Of a DNA stretch of 39,405 nt, positions 33,520 to 39,405 are shown one piece after another. The position numbers were made by a program, and so were the translations under genes. The stretch is from Spirochaetaceae bacterium (GTDB taxonomy: Bacteria; Spirochaetota; Spirochaetia; Treponematales; Breznakiellaceae). The notes below the pieces were generated by a model, which was given only the letters and a program-made list of their open reading frames with translations, searched no databases and had not been told where the DNA came from. Positions within the stretch are counted from its first letter, which is position 1. Each line of letters starts with the position of its first letter. Location of the stretch: NCBI GenBank assembly GCA_031257135.1, contig JAIRPH010000161.1, positions 1-39,405 of the forward strand, given 5' to 3'.

Positions 33520-34356
33520 ATGAAAAGGACATTGGTTTTCTCTCTGACCGCGGCATTGCTGGTTGCCCTCGTATCTTGTTTTCCCTCTAACGCCGGCGTC
33601 AGCGCAAGCAAGGAAGTTCGCGAGACGCCGCCTGAGGGCAGGACAACCCTCAAGATCGTGGCGGACATCGTTCCTCACCAGGAATTGCTGGAATTCGTCA
33701 AACCCGGACTTGCCGCGAAGGGCATCGATCTGGAGATTTATAACACCGAAGGCAGACTTGCCAACGAACAGACTTCCAACGGCGAATTCGACGCAAACTT
33801 CTTTCAGCACGAGCCGTACCTGAAATCGGTATCGGCGGAACAGGGTTTTGACCTCGTAAACGCCGGCAACATCCATGTGGAGCCTATCGGCGCGTATTCG
33901 GAGAAGTACAAGACCCTCGAGGAGATTCCCCTTCATGCGGTAATTGCCCTTCCTAACGACGCCACCAACGAGTTCCGGGCTTTGACGATTCTGTCCCAAA
34001 ACGGTTTTATTACGCTCAAGGAAAATACCGAGGTCTTCAACACCTCCATTCTGGATGTGGCGGAGTACCTCAAGCCCGTTACCCTCGTGGAGCTTGACGC
34101 CGCGGCGATCATCCGCATCCGGGATCAATTCGATGTGTACATCACCAACACCAACAAGGTGCTGGAAGCGGGGATAGATACCGGCGGGGTCCTGTTTCGG
34201 GAAGGGGCGGATTCGCCCTACGCGAATATCCTAGCGGTAAAGTCCGGCAGGCTGAACGATCCGGCAATCCGGGCGTTGGCGGCGGCGTTGACCTCCGAAG
34301 AGGTTCGGGTCTTTATCGAAAACAAGTATCACGGCGCGGTGATACCCGCGTTTTGA
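33520..34356 (+). CDS. metQ: MetQ/NlpA-family lipoprotein (methionine-binding protein)
   Basis: 278 aa. Signal plus Cys (LLVALVSCF). LPNDATNEFRALTILSQNGFITLK is typical of MetQ. Confidence 0.88.
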   Translation: MKRTLVFSLTAALLVALVSCFPSNAGVSASKEVRETPPEGRTTLKIVADIVPHQELLEFVKPGLAAKGIDLEIYNTEGRLANEQTSNGEFDANFFQHEPYLKSVSAEQGFDLVNAGNIHVEPIGAYSEKYKTLEEIPLHAVIALPNDATNEFRALTILSQNGFITLKENTEVFNTSILDVAEYLKPVTLVELDAAAIIRIRDQFDVYITNTNKVLEAGIDTGGVLFREGADSPYANILAVKSGRLNDPAIRALAAALTSEEVRVFIENKYHGAVIPAF

Positions 34357-34373
34357 ACAAAAGGAGTATGGCT

Positions 34374-35681
34374 ATGTTAAACGAAGGATTGCATTTTGAC
34401 ACCCTGAAGATACGGGCCGCCTACGACCCGGCGGAACATCGGCAGTCTGTGGCGGTGCCGATCTACCAGACCGCGGCATACGAATTCCGGGATACCGCCA
34501 ATGCCGACGGACTCTTCGCCCTCACCGATCCGGGGTTCCTCTATACTCGGGTAAACAACCCCACGGTGGACGTGCTGGAAAGACGGGTCGCAACCCTGGA
34601 CGGCGGGTCCGCGGCCATAGCCCTAGCATCGGGTATGGCGGCGATCTCCTACACCATCCTCAGCCTTGCCGAAGGCGGCGGGCGGATTCTGTCCAGCCCC
34701 TATCTCTACGGCGGGAGTGTGGACGCCTTTCAGAAGATATTCCCCAAGTTCAACATCCACATCGACAAATCGCCGAACATCAATGACATCGCCGCCCTGG
34801 AAAGGGACCTCAAAAGCGATACCAAGGCGATCTTCGTGGAATCCGTGAGCAATCCCAATGGCGTCGTGGCAGACATGGAGGCTCTAGCCGCCCTAGCTCA
34901 CAAACACGGCATCCCTTTAGTGGTGGACAATACCTTCGCCACGCCCTATTTGCTGAATCCTATCAAGCACGGGGCGGACATTGTGATCTACTCCGCCACG
35001 AAGACCCTGAACGGCCACGGCAACCTTATCGCAGGGCTGGTGGTGGAAACCGGCACGTTCCCCTGGGACAACGGGAATTTCCCCCAGTTCGAGGAGACCC
35101 AGTACGTCTTACGGGACAGGTCCACCGGACGGAAGCGCACATTTCTGGAACTTACCCCGGATGCGCCCTTTGTAACCCGCATACGGCTCCACTACCTCAA
35201 TTACTTCGGCGCGGCGCTGGGACCCTTCGACGCCTACCTAGCCCTGCTGGGTATTGAGACCCTTTCAGAGCGGGTGACTAAGCAGGTAAGCAACGCCCAG
35301 AAAGTCGCCGAGTGGCTGGAAAAGAACCCCCATGTGGAATGGGTCAGGTATCCGGGGCTACCCTCCAGTCCCTATCACGCCCTAGCGAAGAAGTACCTGC
35401 CCAAAGGCGCCGGGGCGATCTTCTCCTTCGGCTTCAAGGGAACTATCGAGCAGAGCGAGGCGTTCCTCAACGCCATAGAGCTGTGGAGCTACCATGTGAA
35501 TGTAGGAGACGCCCGCTCCCTCATCGTCAACTCCCCCAAAACGACCCACGGGGAGCAGACGCCGGAGGAGCAACGGTTCGCCAATATCCCGCCGAACCTC
35601 ATCCGGCTTTCCCTGGGACTGGAAGACCCTGCCGACCTTATCGCCGATCTGGATCAGGCTTTTAAGAAGGTGTTTAGGTAA
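34374..35681 (+). CDS. metY: O-acetylhomoserine sulfhydrylase / aminocarboxypropyltransferase (PLP-dependent, Cys/Met metabolism family)
   Basis: PLP-Lys motif YSATKTLNGHG, DNTFATPYL. Start set to ATG 34374, 7 nt after AGGAG; the track starts at TTG 34353. Confidence 0.88.
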   Translation: MLNEGLHFDTLKIRAAYDPAEHRQSVAVPIYQTAAYEFRDTANADGLFALTDPGFLYTRVNNPTVDVLERRVATLDGGSAAIALASGMAAISYTILSLAEGGGRILSSPYLYGGSVDAFQKIFPKFNIHIDKSPNINDIAALERDLKSDTKAIFVESVSNPNGVVADMEALAALAHKHGIPLVVDNTFATPYLLNPIKHGADIVIYSATKTLNGHGNLIAGLVVETGTFPWDNGNFPQFEETQYVLRDRSTGRKRTFLELTPDAPFVTRIRLHYLNYFGAALGPFDAYLALLGIETLSERVTKQVSNAQKVAEWLEKNPHVEWVRYPGLPSSPYHALAKKYLPKGAGAIFSFGFKGTIEQSEAFLNAIELWSYHVNVGDARSLIVNSPKTTHGEQTPEEQRFANIPPNLIRLSLGLEDPADLIADLDQAFKKVFR

Positions 35682-35801
35682 TCCGGGCATTCGCCCATAT
35701 TTCCTATGTAGAGCCGGTTGGAAAAATCTCCGGCTTTACGACAGTAAAGTACTGTTGAGACGTTTAACGGCTGAGTTCCCGAGGTATAATCCGCAGGTCA
35801 A

Positions 35802-36887
35802 TTATCGTATATTGAAATAGTATCGTTCTAAATAAGCGATGCGGCGTTGGGCTTCACTGCCCCGCGGACTTTGAGGATATTCCTGAATCAGACGGCGGTA
35901 ATAGTCAAGGGCAGACCGGATATTCCGGCTCGGACTATTAGCTTCAAAAGATTGCGCGTACAGCCACCAAGCCTCATCGGTGCCTGCCGGATATAGTTCC
36001 CGAAACTGATCCAACAGAGTAATGACTTCCGGGAAACTGCCGGCAGTATAGGCGTCTTTCGCCTGTTGCAGATAATCGGCCCGAGCGGCGGAAGACGCCG
36101 CCCCTGCTATAGAGTCCTGCGCCGCCGCCTGCGAAGAGCCGGAAGAGCCGGCGGTTTCAGCGCGCGAAGAGCCTGACTCAGCGCGATCGCGCTCAACCGG
36201 CTGAGTCCGATTCGTTCCCGCAATCACAGGATTTTCACTGACGATTACTTGCACATATTCGTTTATAATATAATCTTCGATAAAATCTTGACGGTAGAAT
36301 TTAAGGGTATAGGTTCCAACGGAATCAGCCCGGAACACATATTTTTGTCCGTCGAGTTCATTCCGCCGGGAATGATAGACCATGCCTTGACGGTTTTCCT
36401 GTTCTCCTAAATATACCCAGCCGTTTCCCCGAAAAGGAATTTCTATCGATTGTCCCACAATAGCCCAGATGGTCCGTGAAGCGGAGACTTCCTCCCGTTT
36501 CGGCTCGATTTGGGAAGATATTCTGCTGGGAGTCTCAGGAAGAGGCTTAACCGGAGGCGGCGGAGCTTCGTCCGCCGTCGGCGCTTCCGGTTCGGCGACT
36601 CCTATGGAAGCCGGCGGCTCAGGCGGAGGCGGAGGCGTTACGGAACCGCCTTCCGGAGCAGGCTCAGGACTTATCGGGTCAGCAGGCTTGACGGTGATAA
36701 TGCCGGGAGAAACCGGCTCCTGAACGGGAACTGCTGAAGGAGAAACCGTTTCTGGAGGGACTCTTCTCATAACGGAGAACGCAGGCTGAGGAATCGTTTC
36801 GGAATCGTCTCCGTTGCAAGGCTGACCAAAGATGCATCCTAACCATAGTAACGATAAAAACCGGGAAAAAAGCCGTTTCAATTTCAT
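35802..36887 (-). CDS. exported (possibly lipo-) protein with a Pro-rich linker and a C-terminal TPR-like (BamD/YbgF-like) module
   Basis: 361 aa. Signal LSLLWLGC, Pro-rich residues about 40-120. The C-terminal helical-repeat assignment rests only on the sequence AKDAYTAGSFPEVITLLDQFRELYP...YYRRLIQEYPQSP. Confidence 0.65.
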   Translation of the reverse strand: MKLKRLFSRFLSLLWLGCIFGQPCNGDDSETIPQPAFSVMRRVPPETVSPSAVPVQEPVSPGIITVKPADPISPEPAPEGGSVTPPPPPEPPASIGVAEPEAPTADEAPPPPVKPLPETPSRISSQIEPKREEVSASRTIWAIVGQSIEIPFRGNGWVYLGEQENRQGMVYHSRRNELDGQKYVFRADSVGTYTLKFYRQDFIEDYIINEYVQVIVSENPVIAGTNRTQPVERDRAESGSSRAETAGSSGSSQAAAQDSIAGAASSAARADYLQQAKDAYTAGSFPEVITLLDQFRELYPAGTDEAWWLYAQSFEANSPSRNIRSALDYYRRLIQEYPQSPRGSEAQRRIAYLERYYFNIR

Positions 36888-37303
36888 GGAACTCCTTTTA
36901 AAAGTTCATCAATCGCCATTTCTATACGCTTCCGCCACATTTCGGGGTCTTCATCCATAGGGTCCCGCCAAAAGGGGCGGACATCTTCCGCCGTCCACCA
37001 GGGGCGCGGTTCCTGCTCTAAAAGGACCTCCGGGAGAAAATCCGGTTCGTCAGGAAGAAAAAATTCTTCTTGAGGTTTAGACGAAAAGGCGTCATCTACT
37101 TTTCGGGAGGAATCGGAAGAAAGGTTAGCGCTATAATCAATAGCTTTCTGAATAATCTGCGGTATCGTAACAATCGCCGCCAGCAGGATGCCTACTATGA
37201 CAACGCCCATGATAATCAGGCTCCGCCATCTTTGTAGCGTTCCTCCGGCCGCTCCTAAGAGATTTTTAATTATCGATCCTATTTTTGACGCGATGGGCGG
37301 CAT
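36884..37303 (-). CDS. single-pass membrane protein, unknown function
   Basis: 139 aa. TM LIIMGVVIVGILLAAIVTIPQII. The stop overlaps the downstream start (ATGA), implying translational coupling. Confidence 0.55.
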   Translation of the reverse strand: MPPIASKIGSIIKNLLGAAGGTLQRWRSLIIMGVVIVGILLAAIVTIPQIIQKAIDYSANLSSDSSRKVDDAFSSKPQEEFFLPDEPDFLPEVLLEQEPRPWWTAEDVRPFWRDPMDEDPEMWRKRIEMAIDELLKGVP

Positions 37304-37361
37304 AGGCTCAACCCCTTATAATCGACCGCCGCCCGCGGGGAGCGGCAGTCAAGGGAAGATG

Positions 37362-39134
37362 TTACATCCCCTCTTCTTCGTCTCCGGCTTCAGCGGAAAC
37401 GCTCAAGGTATACGCGTTGTTGTCCAGAGGATCATCATCAAGCGTACTAATCAGGATAAAATACGTACCCGGCTGAAGCTCCGTCCGCAGATAAGCGTCG
37501 TAGTTAGCTCCGCCGTCATCGTCGTCGTCAAGATACTCTTGGTTTTCATCATAGAGTTCGATATAGGTATCAAGATGTCCATCGGCGGCAATGGTTCTTA
37601 TCGCATAAGAGCCGGCTTCGGTAATCGTAAACTTCACCCAGTCCGTATCGTCGGCGGTAGTAAGGGTCCGTTGCTGAGAGGTTCCTAGCTGAATCTCTTT
37701 GGCGGTTTCCGCGGTATTATCCGGCTCGAACGCATCGCTGGCTCCGGGAGTTCTCACCTGAGAATACAGCGTGTAACTTCCTCGGTCTCCGTCAACTTCT
37801 TTTACTCGAATATATACCGTTCCGCCGGATACCTGTACCGACGCTCTGGCGTTCAGCCCTCTGCCGGAATCGTCGTCGTCTGCCAGCATTGAGCCTGCCT
37901 CGTCATAGACGGTGATTCTTGTATCCATTCTGCCTTCAGTATATACGATCAGATAGCCTCCGTCTTCAGGAACCGCGAGATAGTACCAATCCTCATCGGA
38001 AGGGGATTGAAAACTCGCCTCTACCGGCGTATCCAATTCGATGACGGTCGCCTGCTCTTGCGCGTCGTTAGGTTCGGAAGGGTCTGTCGGCATGGGATTA
38101 AAGGTCGCCTTGAATCCATAGGAGCCGGTATCGCCTCCAAGTCCGCGGACTTTGGCGAGGTAGGTTTTTCCTGCTTCGGCAAAATACTCAATCCGGGCGT
38201 TAAGGTTGTTTCCGCCGTCGTCATTGCTCGTCAGTCGGGAACTCGATCCGGATGCTCCGTCATAAAGCTCCATAAAGGTATCCATAGAGCCGGTGGTTTC
38301 CAGAATGAGGGTCCCGTTATCGGGCGTTTCTACCGCGAACCAATCTTCATCTCCGTCATGAAGGGTTCTTGAAATTTCGGGGGCGTCGATGTCTGCTTTT
38401 ATCGGATTATCCCGGCTGTCCGGTTCATAGCTGTCCGCGTAGACTCTGGAAGCGGAAGAATCGGAACCGCCGCTCTGGGAGCTTCCTATCAATTCTTGGA
38501 TAAACGGCGTCAAGGTCAGATCAAGGGTCCAGGTAGTAATCAGAGCGGAATCCTCCAGCCGGGTAAGCCGAGTATACAGCCGCAGGATATTCCCGATCCG
38601 CATGATTTCTCCCGCTAAGGTATAGTCCGCCTGAGCGGTCGGATCGGTCACAATAACAAAATTCCGGTCCTGCATGGATGAAAGAATACTCGAGAGCTGA
38701 TTCCGCCAGTATATTCCAAGGTCCGTATCTGTGCCGTTCAGCGAAAATTGACCCAGCCTGATTCGCGCTCCGTTAGGCAGAGACCCAAGCCCTTGTCGAA
38801 TCCAATTTCCCAGCTTCCGGCTTTCCGCGTCAAGCTCGGCAAGGGACGTGACTTGAGACGGTTCCTGACTCTGAAGCGATAAGGTTCCATCAGTTTCAGC
38901 GGTATTCTGTTGAACGTTAGTAGCTGTTGAACCGGTCCGGGCGGCTCCGGGCTGAGATTCGGCGTTCTTCGCAGGCTCCGTCTGATTAGGGGCGGACGGC
39001 TTTTCTCTGACGCCGCTGGACGGTACGGTTCCAGTTTGGGCGTCAAGTTCAACCGCCGGTTGAGCGTGCGCCGCCAACGGAATAAATAAGCCTGCCATGC
39101 CGATCAGTACCAATAAACGAATTCGAGATACCAT
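37362..39134 (-). CDS. secreted protein with three tandem pre-peptidase C-terminal (PPC)-type domains
   Basis: 590 aa. Signal peptide, then three roughly 110-aa repeats each with EP(N/D)D...DEDW(F/Y)...DT.(I/M)ELYD...DDDGG...G.Y...V...Y. AAGGAG RBS. Confidence 0.8.
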   Translation of the reverse strand: MVSRIRLLVLIGMAGLFIPLAAHAQPAVELDAQTGTVPSSGVREKPSAPNQTEPAKNAESQPGAARTGSTATNVQQNTAETDGTLSLQSQEPSQVTSLAELDAESRKLGNWIRQGLGSLPNGARIRLGQFSLNGTDTDLGIYWRNQLSSILSSMQDRNFVIVTDPTAQADYTLAGEIMRIGNILRLYTRLTRLEDSALITTWTLDLTLTPFIQELIGSSQSGGSDSSASRVYADSYEPDSRDNPIKADIDAPEISRTLHDGDEDWFAVETPDNGTLILETTGSMDTFMELYDGASGSSSRLTSNDDGGNNLNARIEYFAEAGKTYLAKVRGLGGDTGSYGFKATFNPMPTDPSEPNDAQEQATVIELDTPVEASFQSPSDEDWYYLAVPEDGGYLIVYTEGRMDTRITVYDEAGSMLADDDDSGRGLNARASVQVSGGTVYIRVKEVDGDRGSYTLYSQVRTPGASDAFEPDNTAETAKEIQLGTSQQRTLTTADDTDWVKFTITEAGSYAIRTIAADGHLDTYIELYDENQEYLDDDDDGGANYDAYLRTELQPGTYFILISTLDDDPLDNNAYTLSVSAEAGDEEEGM

Positions 39135-39405
39135 AATTTCTCCTTACTATATAACATCGCCGTTATGTGAAAATCATAGCATAGTCTGAGTAACAAATGC
39201 AAGATGCCTAATGTCAGATTTAGAAGCAATAATAGAAAAAAGCGGACGCTTCGCATAGCGGGGCTTGTATGCGTTTCATCGGCTAACCGCGGTCAGGCTT
39301 GATCTTTTCCCGAGATACGGTATAGTAAGGGGAGTCCTTAAAAAACAAGCCGAGGAGATGCCGTCTGCCGAGACGGATTTCAGCATAGCAGTTCTTTTAC
39401 AAGAT

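Noticed and set aside
33064-34128. 354-aa ORF antisense to metI/metQ
   Set aside because: It spans two well-supported plus-strand genes and their intergenic gap and has no recognisable motifs. It is an antisense open-frame artefact.
35715-35738. Hairpin AGCCGG-N12-CCGGCT between convergent metY and the Pro-rich protein gene, as a terminator
   Set aside because: The stem is only 6 bp with a 12-nt loop and no flanking U-run on either strand. That is too weak to annotate.
39358-39405. Possible start of a plus-strand CDS (ATG 39358, MPSAETDFSIAVLLQD...) behind a TTGATC-16-TATAGT promoter-like site at 39297-39324
   Set aside because: Only 16 codons are visible before the window ends, and the GGAG abuts the ATG. 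That is insufficient to call a gene.

Overview
39.4-kb chromosomal segment with about 38 CDS and one tRNA-Thr(CGU). I saw no rRNA, CRISPR array, prophage or intact IS. The gene content (many TPR lipoproteins, bacteriohemerythrins, a dCache chemoreceptor, a sigma-54 two-component pair, PPC-domain surface protein) suggests a spirochaete, possibly Treponema-like; this is inference only. Layout: (1) cytoplasmic PAS histidine kinase plus NtrC-type sigma-54 activator, 195-2755. (2) Three bacteriohemerythrin paralogs, each with its own sigma-70-like promoter, 2776-4335. (3) Directly behind the third hemerythrin, a co-directional Ser/Thr kinase, vWA (TerY-like), PP2C phosphatase and small Cys-rich protein, 4345-7699. 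This is a TerY-P-type phosphorylation triad in an unusual five-gene arrangement. (4) Housekeeping and accessory genes: TPR proteins, M24 peptidase, EamA transporter, tRNA-Thr, PEGA/FGE protein, a LacI-linked flavin/FeS oxidoreductase cassette, tmk, rRNA methyltransferase, a lone IS200/RAYT-like Y1 transposase, an MCP. (5) A nitrogenase-like D/K pair with no NifH-like or NifB-like gene, fused into one operon with metNIQ and O-acetylhomoserine sulfhydrylase, 29164-35681. This suggests a methylthio-alkane-reductase-type sulfur-salvage route. (6) A minus-strand envelope operon ending in a triple-PPC-domain secreted protein. The two best leads are the hemerythrin-led TerY-P module and the H-less nitrogenase-like/methionine operon. 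Secondary observations: a dispersed TGWCTGACACC motif found in intergenic pairs, repeated leaderless-type promoter geometry, an iron-ligand His-to-Gln change in the kinase-linked hemerythrin, and a Tmk lacking the Walker-A lysine. All family calls come from reading motifs by eye; no searches were run.
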